A stretch of 64,000 nt of DNA from Syntrophorhabdaceae bacterium (lineage in GTDB: Bacteria > Desulfobacterota > Syntrophorhabdia > Syntrophorhabdales > Syntrophorhabdaceae), in the NCBI GenBank assembly GCA_963666485.2, contig CAXXUO010000009.1, positions 1-64,000 of the forward strand. Direction: 5' to 3'. Under the pieces are notes generated by a model, which was given only the letters and a program-made list of their open reading frames with translations, did not search any database and was not told the DNA's origin. The first letter of the stretch is position 1, and each line of letters begins with the position of its first letter. Below are positions 55,537-64,000 of this stretch, piece after piece. A program made the position numbers and the translations under genes.

Positions 55537-58500
55537 ATGACAGGAAGGGGCCGGTACAGTATTACGGTCATCCTCGTCGCCACGGCGCTTTCTCTAGTAT
55601 TGGTGACCGGCGGGGCCCGTGACGCACGGGGGTACAGCGCGGTCGAGACGCTCGATCTCAACACGCACGGCCTCATGCTGCGCGAAGCATACTCCCAGCT
55701 CTCCGCACATCCCGCCTTCAAGAACAGCCGGTTTCTTCCTATCGACAGGATCACGAAATCCGAGGGAGTATTTAAGGACATCCCGTGGAACCCCTTCCCG
55801 ACACAGGGCGGCGGCCCCGACGTCGACGGGGGGAGCAAGTACGGCGACCATTATTACAATCCCCGGACAGGCAAAGGGGGTGCGCCTGCCGCCGTAGGGA
55901 AATACTATTCCATCCTTGTAAAAAGCATGCTGGACGATCATGCCGCGGCGTCGGAGAGGGGCGCCGCATGGTCTGCCCATTTCCTCGCCGACATGTGCCT
56001 GCCCCACCACATTGTCGGAATACCGGCCGGGGAGGCGGAAGCGATCTACATAGGAGGGATCGACGGCAGGGCGCCCTGGAATCTCGACCCCAAAGAATCG
56101 GGCCCCCTGTGGCTCGGGACCACACCTTTCTCGAACAGCACCGCGTGGAATCTGTTCCTGGGCGACCTGTACAGCAAGTGGCCTGAATGGGGGACGACGC
56201 AGGATTTCAAACGGACCATCGAGGCGTTCCACTCTCTCGGCGGCGGGGGTGAGTCAGGTTTCCGGGATTGGTTCGATCCCTGGTACTACAACGGCTTGGG
56301 GTTAGGGATCGACCCGATCCAGCCGATAGGGCCGGTCGTCCACAATTCCAGTCACGCGAAATGGGAGGTATGGGCACACCTTGAACTGACCCGCGGCCCT
56401 CATCCCTATAAGGCGACAGTGAACGAAAGATTTCACCCCCAGTGGGAAAATGCCTGGCTCAGCTTTCATGAACAGGTCCCCTGGCGAGCACAGCAGGCAA
56501 AGGCCGAAGAGTTTGCGAAGAAGGCCGCACAGCAGACATATGACGACATGGAAAAGATCTTCAAGAACCCGAGATACGGCGTTGACGACGCCATATGGCG
56601 GATCATGACGCTATGGCGTGCATCCGTTACGGCTATGAGCATCTCCCTTGAGACCAAGGAGGACGCCGCGAACCCGGCCCGGCGCCAGGTCCGCGCCATC
56701 ATCCATAACGGGGAGAAAGAGAACGTCTTCGACGTCAGGGTGCGCGTCACCCTGACCGGCGACGGCAGCACCTTCCAGGAAACCAAAGATATCAAGGGCG
56801 GCATCTCTGCAGCACAATCCGGTACTGCCGATTTCTTTGTCGAGCCCCGGGACCAAAAGACCTGCAAAGTGCGCGTCGAGGTGATCGGCCATTACGAAAA
56901 AACCCCGGACCTGCAATACGCAGTTATGGAGCAGCCATTACAGGGGATAAAGAAATCCCGTGACGACGCTCAGAATGCGCAGCTGAAAGACACACTCGAC
57001 GCCCTCAAGCGGGCGGCGCAAAAAGCCGAGGAGTTCGCATCGTCGATAACCGCAGACTGCTCGTCGATAAAAAAGGAGCTCACGGCGTTGAACGGCGAGC
57101 TCGACAAGCTCAAGACGGCAATTGAATCACGGGAGAAAAAGATCCGCTCACTGGCCGGGATCGCAGATAATATCAGCAACAAAGTCGAATCGATCCGGCA
57201 ATGCCATCTCGATGCGGAGCAGGGTGCGACGAACGAAGGCGAGATCACCCACCGGGCGGAAGAGTATGCAAGGGCCCTGTGCGAGGCGACAAAGGCCATA
57301 CAGACCGCAAAGACAAAAGATGAACGCAGGCAGCTTTTCGCGGGCCTCACGTCGACGCAGGCCGACCTGAGGTTGTTCCTCAGCGAGGGCAATTCGATCA
57401 TGGAACGCATGCGCCAGTTGACGCAAAAAGCGCAAAACGCCCTGAACGAACTCGCACAGCTGGCCGGCGGACTGAGCAACGAGGACCGGGCATCTGCCGG
57501 CGAACCCGCGCAGGACATCGAAAAAAGGCTTTCGAAGATCAGGGAGAGGACAACATCCGCGCAGGACAGGCTCAACGAACTTCTGCGGCTTAAAGATGAA
57601 GCGGCAGCTGCCCACGAGAAGGGCAGGAAGATCGTGGCCTCGCTCGAGACAACGCCGGACGCCGAGAAGGAAAAGCTTTACCGGGAGATGGAACAATACG
57701 TGTCCCGCATCGACAGAGCGCGGGAGAAGGCAGCAGATTGTCCCGGACAGTGCCGCAGCGAGGCAGACGAGTCGGCACGGGCCGCAGCCCCGGTCATAGA
57801 GGCCGACACGAAATCGAGAGAGGCGCTCAAGAACGCCGGGGGAAATATTTTGCCCGGCGACATCAAGAAAGCCCGCGACACTGCGGGAATGGTGAAATAC
57901 CTTGAACAAATGGCAGCCGCATACATGGAGCGCATCAGGAGAGCATGCACGGACGGCGCGCTGTGCTTCACCCTCGCTGAGGACATCATGAAACGTCCCC
58001 TATATACCGTTATGCCCGACGTACGCGGAATGCAGATAGACGCCGCCGAGAAGGCCCTGCGCGACCGTCATTTCAGGCCGAACACGAGCATCATCGGTGC
58101 GGCCGCGAAAATGGACAAGGAATTCAAGGTCCAATCGCAGTCGCCTGCCGCGGGGGCGCGCGTCGAGGAAGAAAGCGCGGTGACCGTCTATTATTACGGG
58201 CAATTCAGTACGCGGGATGCGGTGGCGAATGCCAACTGCACCCGGTGGCCCGGATCCGTGGCATCCTGGGACGCCGCGAGAAAACAGGCCGTCTGCGTCT
58301 GCCCGCAGGGTACATCGTGGACGAAGAACCGGTCGTCGTGCATGGACAATCGCCAGATGGCTGTCAGCAACCTGAATTGCTCGCTTTACCCGGGGAGCGT
58401 CGCCATTTTCGACGACCGGACGAACCGGGCAGTCTGCGAGTGTACACAGGGACTGCGGTGGAACCGCAACCACACCCGCTGCGTCGACGCCGAGACGGCT

Positions 58501-59388
58501 GCGATGGAAACCGCCGACTGTTCGCGCTTCCCCGGAACCCGGCCGGTGTACCTGCGTGACCAGGGGCGGGTCGACTGTTTCTGCCCGCAGGGTGCCATGT
58601 GGGATGCCGCGAAAAACCGGTGCATCAGCCGCCAGGAATTCGACAATTACTGTAATCAAGTCGGTGCCAACTTGAGCGCTGCCGCCCGTGCCAACAACAT
58701 CGAACAATTCAGGCAGATCCTGCCCATGGCCCAGAACTGCGACTTTTACAACCAGGCGCTGGCCGACCTGCAGGCCATGGAACACAACCGGCAGATGGCC
58801 CTGGCGAACCAGCTGGGGTATAACCTCGGCACAACCATGGGTGGAATGACGAGACCCCCGCAGCCTCCGCCTTCTCCCGTACGTCCTCCGACCGGGGGCA
58901 CTGCCGTGGCAGGAACGACGCGTCCGACAACACCGCCGCCGGCCGTATCACCGGTGAAGCCGGGAGGTACGGGGACGACAAGCCCGGTAAAACCACCATC
59001 GACCGGCAGCCGGGGCAGCGTGGATTGTGACAAGAAGTTCTGTCCGATCTGCGGCACCGACAATATCGACCTCATGTTCAAGTCAGTCTCTCAGCAATGC
59101 AATGATTGCAGGACGAGGTTTGCCGCCCAGATCGCAGATTGCAACCGCGGAGGGGCGTCCGCCTCGACACCCGCTGCGACGGTTGCCCAGTTTAAGAACC
59201 ATGTCGTCCTCCAATGCGTCCAGCAAAAATGGAATCCCGGGACGCGCAATTATTCCACATCCACAGTTTATGCCGTCTATGGGCCGGGAAAACCGTATCC
59301 ACCCGGGAATTGTAAACAGGTCGGCAACCCTGATACAGAAGCCCAATGCAACATGCGGGCACAGTCATTGCAATATCCCCGCCGGTAA
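55537..59388 (+). CDS. Large exported mosaic protein: zinc phospholipase C/P1-nuclease-like domain, Ig-like domain, coiled coil, PASTA, three Cys-rich repeats, Pro/Thr linker, Cys-rich tail
   Basis: YSA...TH, PD, DHYYNP, HFLADMCLPHH, HAKWE; MPDVRGM..AEKAL..VQSQSPAAG; 47-aa C..xPG...CxC..G..W...C repeats. Confidence 0.8.
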   Translation: MTGRGRYSITVILVATALSLVLVTGGARDARGYSAVETLDLNTHGLMLREAYSQLSAHPAFKNSRFLPIDRITKSEGVFKDIPWNPFPTQGGGPDVDGGSKYGDHYYNPRTGKGGAPAAVGKYYSILVKSMLDDHAAASERGAAWSAHFLADMCLPHHIVGIPAGEAEAIYIGGIDGRAPWNLDPKESGPLWLGTTPFSNSTAWNLFLGDLYSKWPEWGTTQDFKRTIEAFHSLGGGGESGFRDWFDPWYYNGLGLGIDPIQPIGPVVHNSSHAKWEVWAHLELTRGPHPYKATVNERFHPQWENAWLSFHEQVPWRAQQAKAEEFAKKAAQQTYDDMEKIFKNPRYGVDDAIWRIMTLWRASVTAMSISLETKEDAANPARRQVRAIIHNGEKENVFDVRVRVTLTGDGSTFQETKDIKGGISAAQSGTADFFVEPRDQKTCKVRVEVIGHYEKTPDLQYAVMEQPLQGIKKSRDDAQNAQLKDTLDALKRAAQKAEEFASSITADCSSIKKELTALNGELDKLKTAIESREKKIRSLAGIADNISNKVESIRQCHLDAEQGATNEGEITHRAEEYARALCEATKAIQTAKTKDERRQLFAGLTSTQADLRLFLSEGNSIMERMRQLTQKAQNALNELAQLAGGLSNEDRASAGEPAQDIEKRLSKIRERTTSAQDRLNELLRLKDEAAAAHEKGRKIVASLETTPDAEKEKLYREMEQYVSRIDRAREKAADCPGQCRSEADESARAAAPVIEADTKSREALKNAGGNILPGDIKKARDTAGMVKYLEQMAAAYMERIRRACTDGALCFTLAEDIMKRPLYTVMPDVRGMQIDAAEKALRDRHFRPNTSIIGAAAKMDKEFKVQSQSPAAGARVEEESAVTVYYYGQFSTRDAVANANCTRWPGSVASWDAARKQAVCVCPQGTSWTKNRSSCMDNRQMAVSNLNCSLYPGSVAIFDDRTNRAVCECTQGLRWNRNHTRCVDAETAAMETADCSRFPGTRPVYLRDQGRVDCFCPQGAMWDAAKNRCISRQEFDNYCNQVGANLSAAARANNIEQFRQILPMAQNCDFYNQALADLQAMEHNRQMALANQLGYNLGTTMGGMTRPPQPPPSPVRPPTGGTAVAGTTRPTTPPPAVSPVKPGGTGTTSPVKPPSTGSRGSVDCDKKFCPICGTDNIDLMFKSVSQQCNDCRTRFAAQIADCNRGGASASTPAATVAQFKNHVVLQCVQQKWNPGTRNYSTSTVYAVYGPGKPYPPGNCKQVGNPDTEAQCNMRAQSLQYPRR

Positions 59389-59401
59389 CAGGTAAAGGGG
59401 T

Positions 59402-60940
59402 ATGAGGAGCACCATGAACGGAAGGCCATCACCGAAGCTGTTAGCCCTTTTTCTCTTTCTGGTCCTGCTCGCGGTCGTCCTTGCGCACAGTGCATCAGCC
59501 GAGGTCACGGGCAACGTGGTATCCGTCAGCGGGAGATCGGTGGAAATAAAACTCGATGGCCCGGGAAACGTCCGCCCCGGGGACAGGGTGGAACTCAGCT
59601 ACGTCACTGCGGCAGGCGCATCCCTCTCTGTCGGGACATGGCGCGTCAGGACGGTAAAGGGCAACTCGGTCACCGCCGACCCGGTCAACAGCCCTACAGC
59701 GCCCGTCGCCGGCCTGAAGGCAACGCTCTTTCCGGCAGAAAAAGCGGATACGAGAAGACCGGGAAAACCGCCGCAACCGGGAGGCCGGCCGCAAAGTCCT
59801 CCCGTGGCGGCCCCACCGGTCACGCCGGCGGCCGCTGTCTGGCTTGGTTTCGATATCGGGGTCATAGAGGGTGCAGCGGGCGGGTCAGGCGGGATCCTCG
59901 ACAGCCTGCAGAGTATCTTTAGCGATAACAAAGGAGGAAGGACGGCAGTTGCCTATGTCTATACCGGAAGCCCCGCGTACAATGCCGGGCTCAAAGTACA
60001 GGACATCATCCTCGAGGTGAACGGAAAACCTGCCGGAAGCCCCGCAGATATATCCCGGCTGGTGCACCAGATGAAACCGGGAACGCCGGTGTCGTTCGCA
60101 GTCGAACGAAAGGGTTCCCGCATCCCCGTGACCATGACGGTCGAGCCGCTGCCTCAGTACATGGTGATCGCCGATCGTGCGAAGAAATACTATGACGCGT
60201 CGCGCTTCGCCGATGCGATAAAGGAGTACTCCCGGGCTATAGAACTGAAGAACGATGTCCCGGAATTTTATTTTTACCGCGGATTTTGCCAGTACACACA
60301 AAACCAGTTCAACACCGCGGAAGGCGATTTCACAAGAAGCATCGAACTCAATCCGCAGTCCCCCACTGCCTACGCCTTCCGGGGGCTCGTCCGGGCATTG
60401 ATGGCACAGTTCGATGCCGCCATCGCTGATTACGACACGGCGTTAAAGATCGGCCCGCAGGCAAGCTGGATATTCCGCCAACGGGCGATCGCCCATGCTG
60501 TCAAAGGACAATTTGGCAATGCCCTCTCCGACATGGACCGGGCGATCGAGGTAAGTCCGCAAGACCCTGCAGCCCTGTCGGAGCTCTATTTCGAACGCGC
60601 AAAGATCTTAACGGACCTTAAGAGGCCGGATGACGCGATGACCGACATCAACAAGGCCATCGAATTGGGAAAGACAAATGCGCAGGCATACGGGTACCGC
60701 TGCCATTTGTTTAATCTTAAAAAGGACTACCGGCAGGCGCTCGCAGACTGCAACAGGTCGATCGACCTCGACAGGAACCTTTTCGCAACGTACGTGACAC
60801 GGGCTGAAACATACGAAGCGCTTGGAAATAACCGGCAGGCGCTCGCAGACATGCGCCAGGCATTGGCCCTGCGGCCGCAGGAAAAATACGTCCAGGAACA
60901 TGTAAAGCGCCTGACCGCAAAGGCCTCGGGGAACCGCTAG
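59402..60940 (+). CDS. Exported PDZ + TPR protein
   Basis: Signal peptide; WLGFDI, GSPAYNAGLKVQDIILEVNG; many TPRs (YSRAIEL, FTRSIELNP, AIADYDTAL). Confidence 0.88.
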   Translation: MRSTMNGRPSPKLLALFLFLVLLAVVLAHSASAEVTGNVVSVSGRSVEIKLDGPGNVRPGDRVELSYVTAAGASLSVGTWRVRTVKGNSVTADPVNSPTAPVAGLKATLFPAEKADTRRPGKPPQPGGRPQSPPVAAPPVTPAAAVWLGFDIGVIEGAAGGSGGILDSLQSIFSDNKGGRTAVAYVYTGSPAYNAGLKVQDIILEVNGKPAGSPADISRLVHQMKPGTPVSFAVERKGSRIPVTMTVEPLPQYMVIADRAKKYYDASRFADAIKEYSRAIELKNDVPEFYFYRGFCQYTQNQFNTAEGDFTRSIELNPQSPTAYAFRGLVRALMAQFDAAIADYDTALKIGPQASWIFRQRAIAHAVKGQFGNALSDMDRAIEVSPQDPAALSELYFERAKILTDLKRPDDAMTDINKAIELGKTNAQAYGYRCHLFNLKKDYRQALADCNRSIDLDRNLFATYVTRAETYEALGNNRQALADMRQALALRPQEKYVQEHVKRLTAKASGNR

Positions 60941-60958
60941 AAAACCTTACCTTCCCTG

Positions 60959-61402
60959 TCATAAACCGGTCGCATGCTGTTCGTCTTTCGTGGCCGGAGG
61001 TTGTTTGAGGCACGAGCGGGCCTTGTCATGATATGCTTTTTTTCTCTTTGTGATCTCGTCCTTCCACCCGCACTCCTGGAGGACATTCCAGGCCTCATCC
61101 CACATGCCCGGCTTGTTCCTGCCAGCGTAGTACGCGTCGCAGCACCGCTTTGACGGTGACTCCTGGGCCGAATGCATGGGCTGGCAGCTGTATTTTGAAA
61201 AGGAGCCCTTGTCCCGGATCTTTGGGTACCCGTTCACGGCATCGTCATAACTTTTCTTCTCAATCCTGACACACTCCCGCACCTCGCCGGACGCCCGGTT
61301 AAGGACAGACTCCAGTTCGCGATCGTCGTCTGCACCACCCTGGGCCTGCAAAAAGGCGGGAATAAAAAGGCAGAACAAAAACACATATATGATCCGGCGC
61401 AT
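60959..61402 (-). CDS. Hypothetical exported Cys-rich protein
   Basis: Signal peptide LQA; six Cys in the mature region; GGAG-like RBS. Confidence 0.68.
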   Translation of the reverse strand: MRRIIYVFLFCLFIPAFLQAQGGADDDRELESVLNRASGEVRECVRIEKKSYDDAVNGYPKIRDKGSFSKYSCQPMHSAQESPSKRCCDAYYAGRNKPGMWDEAWNVLQECGWKDEITKRKKAYHDKARSCLKQPPATKDEQHATGL

Positions 61403-61587
61403 TCCCCTTTCTCCCTGAACCGGCTTATAGATCTGCGAAATAACAATGACCCCAAACGAGGCGCGGCAGCAGCGCGTCCCGCTGTTATTGCGCTTTTTCC
61501 CCTAATGGTATAGCATTGATGTAACGAAGACAAGGAAATAGGGACTGGCAGAAAAAGGAAAGTAAGAACACCTACAAGGGAGGTACC

Positions 61588-61893
61588 GTGAACCATATCA
61601 TCGGTATTATCTGGTTTGAGAACGAGGCTTCTTACCGCAGGGCGCTTGACCTCTTTACCGATTCGCACAATATGCCTTCCGCCTTCGAACAATGGAAGTC
61701 CCTCATCAGGAGGGAGCTTGATGAGATCAAGAATGCCGGTAATATCGCCCTGCGCATAGACTTCGATCCGGAAGCATTTACCGGTTTTTGCCGCTCACGC
61801 GGATTTCAGGCCAATTCCCAGGCACGGGAGGCATTCGCCGAGCATTTCGTGCTCGAATATCAGAAGACCGGGAAGGGAACGGTCATTCAATAA
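61588..61893 (+). CDS. Hypothetical protein
   Basis: GGAGG RBS, GTG start, 101 aa. Confidence 0.72.
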   Translation: MNHIIGIIWFENEASYRRALDLFTDSHNMPSAFEQWKSLIRRELDEIKNAGNIALRIDFDPEAFTGFCRSRGFQANSQAREAFAEHFVLEYQKTGKGTVIQ

Positions 61894-61907
61894 CGCAGGA
61901 GGCAGGC

Positions 61908-62147
61908 ATGAGCGTTCGGGACATGAAAGGTGACCCAGCCGTCTGGGAGAGATTGTCGTGGGCGGATCTAAGCGGTGAAGAAAGGGAGCTCTGGGCCGTT
62001 CTCGGCTGGCGGGAGGACATGTGGGACCGCAACGAAGCGCCGCCAAGCACCGACAAGGCCTGGAAAGACCTGACCTATCAGGAGCAGGGAGCCGCTATGG
62101 GCCTTGGATTTACCGAGAGCGTCTGGGATAATTTCGAGGATGAATAA
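61908..62147 (+). CDS. Small Trp-rich protein with two W-x-D-L...LG(W/F)...WD repeats
   Basis: GGAGG RBS; WADLSGEERELWAVLGWREDMWD and WKDLTYQEQGAAMGLGFTESVWD. Confidence 0.75.
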   Translation: MSVRDMKGDPAVWERLSWADLSGEERELWAVLGWREDMWDRNEAPPSTDKAWKDLTYQEQGAAMGLGFTESVWDNFEDE

Positions 62148-62285
62148 CGTAAAGGGCCGTACCTGTAGGTCCGGGTGCCGGTGCGATCACTGACGATGGC
62201 GCAGGCGCCGTGTAATGGCCGCAAGAAGTCATCTCGCGATTTTCGAAAGGGAACAAACACATCCTATCCATATAAGAGAGGGAAC

Positions 62286-63245
62286 ATGAAGATACATCAT
62301 TATGCGATACTGGTCGTTATTGCATTAGGGGCCATGCTGTTCTGTGCTGACCATGCCGCCGGCCAGCACGTCATTGGCTACAAGCTCGATGCAAAAAACC
62401 GCCCGGTCTCGACGCCCGTTATCGGCCAGTTCGCCGTGCATACGTACCCGGAGGCCGTCGATAACAACAACAAGCCTATCGCCTGGGGTGCGCTTGGCGG
62501 CAATACCGGTGGCGACATCCTGAGCAATACCACCACCGAATGTTCGGGCAGCAGGAAATGCATCGACATCAGCACCGTCAATTATATCATGTCGGAAGCG
62601 CCCTGCATATGGCCGGTCAAGCCCTATTATGCGGTTGTGGGCATCTGCTGGAACGCCACGAACCGTGGGCTCTTCTTCACGGGGAAGACCGTGCATGACG
62701 TGAAGTTCTACAATATTGCAGAATGGTGGTTCGGGACATACGGCCTCGATGAAGGATCCATGTGCCTTACCAACACGTGTAAACAGGGGCGGGAACTCTA
62801 CAGCTGGAGCAAGTGCATCAGGGCCGCGACCGATAAATATCCCTGGCAGGGCATACCCGGGGACAGGGTCATGGCGGCGCCAAATCCCAGGATAAACCTC
62901 TACAACAAGTATTACGGTCCGCACGCCAGCAGCTTTCACGACGAGAACACGTGGACGAGGTACCTTCAGGACCTTGTCGATCTACAGCTCAATGAAAAGC
63001 TCCCGGGCTTGAGCGGCGATAAACGGACCCGGATCATTGCGATACACAAGAAGATGCTGCAGAAGAGGGATCAGCTGGTCCTTACCAGCGAGAACACCGC
63101 CCATTATCAGCAGGGCCTGGAGACTTCTTTCAACAATGTTCTGGAAGAATGCAAAAAAGTGTTCACGGACGAGGAATACAAAAAGTTTTTCGGGGCCGAA
63201 AAGCGAGAGAAGTTCGCACTGCCCCTCGAGGCATCCTTTCGCTGA
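62286..63245 (+). CDS. Hypothetical exported Cys-containing protein
   Basis: GAGG RBS, signal peptide, 319 aa. Confidence 0.72.
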   Translation: MKIHHYAILVVIALGAMLFCADHAAGQHVIGYKLDAKNRPVSTPVIGQFAVHTYPEAVDNNNKPIAWGALGGNTGGDILSNTTTECSGSRKCIDISTVNYIMSEAPCIWPVKPYYAVVGICWNATNRGLFFTGKTVHDVKFYNIAEWWFGTYGLDEGSMCLTNTCKQGRELYSWSKCIRAATDKYPWQGIPGDRVMAAPNPRINLYNKYYGPHASSFHDENTWTRYLQDLVDLQLNEKLPGLSGDKRTRIIAIHKKMLQKRDQLVLTSENTAHYQQGLETSFNNVLEECKKVFTDEEYKKFFGAEKREKFALPLEASFR

Positions 63246-63246
63246 T

Positions 63247-64000
63247 TCACTCGCTCTTTTTCGGGGTGCCGACCGCCGCCGCGTAGCACTCGTCAAGATG
63301 AAGGGCAACGAGGTTGACGAGGACAGGGTCGACCTCATTCTCTTTTTCCATGGAGCGCAGGAATGTGAGGATCTCGCCGGGCGGGACAGGCCCCCGGTAC
63401 GGGCGGTTCTGGGCGAGCGCCTGAAAAATGTCCGCAACCTTGATGATGCGGGATTCCAGCGCTATTTCTCCCGCGAGCAGATGGAAGGGGTACCCATCGC
63501 CCCGAAGCGTTTCGTGGTGCTCTGACGCCCATCTCGCCAGTTGATCGAAACCACCTATCCTTCGGAGGATCTGGTGGGTGGCAAAGCTGTGCCTTTTCAT
63601 GAGGGCCCGCTCGGCCGGGCTCAATTTAGCCGGGCTTTCAAGCACCTCGTCCGGGATCTGGAGCTTGCCGATATCGTGGAAAAGAGCGGCCGTCTCTATG
63701 AGGTCGAGGCCCTCCCCCGTGATCCCCGCCATTCCCGCAAGGACCCGGGAAAGCCTGGCAACCCCCAGGGAGTGTTCCGTCGTGAAATGCGATTTGGCAT
63801 CGACGATCTCGGCTATGATAAGGGCGAACCTTTTCAGTTCCTCCAGGTTTATCGTAAGTTTCCGCGACATGCACCCCATGTCCGCCACAAACTGGGGGAT
63901 GAAGTCCTCATCGAGCAAAAGCCAGAACGCTTCCGACCGGGAGGCATCGAGAAAGGCCCCGACCAATTCAGGTGAAAAGAATGTCCCCCGGTGCCGGTCA
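63247..64000 (-). CDS. HD-GYP domain protein (C-terminal part; start lies beyond the window)
   Basis: DAKSHFTTEHS, FHDIGKL, HHETLRGDGYP, VADIFQAL..RPYR. Confidence 0.88.
   Translation of the reverse strand, partial: DRHRGTFFSPELVGAFLDASRSEAFWLLLDEDFIPQFVADMGCMSRKLTINLEELKRFALIIAEIVDAKSHFTTEHSLGVARLSRVLAGMAGITGEGLDLIETAALFHDIGKLQIPDEVLESPAKLSPAERALMKRHSFATHQILRRIGGFDQLARWASEHHETLRGDGYPFHLLAGEIALESRIIKVADIFQALAQNRPYRGPVPPGEILTFLRSMEKENEVDPVLVNLVALHLDECYAAAVGTPKKSE

Overview
A 64 kb bacterial chromosomal segment. Gene content (sigma-54 activator, split glutamate synthase, GS type III, reverse rubrerythrin, Rrf2) suggests an anaerobe of the Desulfobacterota/'Deltaproteobacteria' type; this is inference, not a taxonomic assignment. 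(1) 1-23 kb holds mixed accessory genes: SMR pump, exeA/exeB, hybrid kinase, ankyrin-Kunitz protein, ADP-ribosylglycohydrolase, DUF72, B12 radical SAM, Pif1-WYL helicase, DksA-BON and PAS-LuxR. Many intergenic gaps here carry composite repeats: inverted tandem heptamer arrays (all GTT-N4) enclosing CGTC-type REP-like hairpins. (2) 20.7-40.4 kb is a sigma-54 nitrogen-assimilation island. A GAF-type enhancer-binding protein is followed by a leftward operon (GlcD-like FAD/FeS protein, two GltB2 paralogues, GltB1-B3 fusion, PEP-synthase-like protein) and a divergent operon (glnA-III, purF, amtB, glnK, amtB). Two back-to-back -24/-12 promoters share a candidate enhancer motif. (3) 40.7-64 kb is rich in exported, often Cys-rich proteins of unknown function, including a ~1280-aa zinc phospholipase C/PASTA/EGF-like mosaic protein, plus a class D beta-lactamase-like gene, HD-GYP proteins and an Rrf2-rubrerythrin pair. 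Two genes are frameshifted at homopolymers. No rRNA, tRNA, CRISPR array, transposase or integrase was recognised. All domain calls come from reading motifs by eye, not from database searches.
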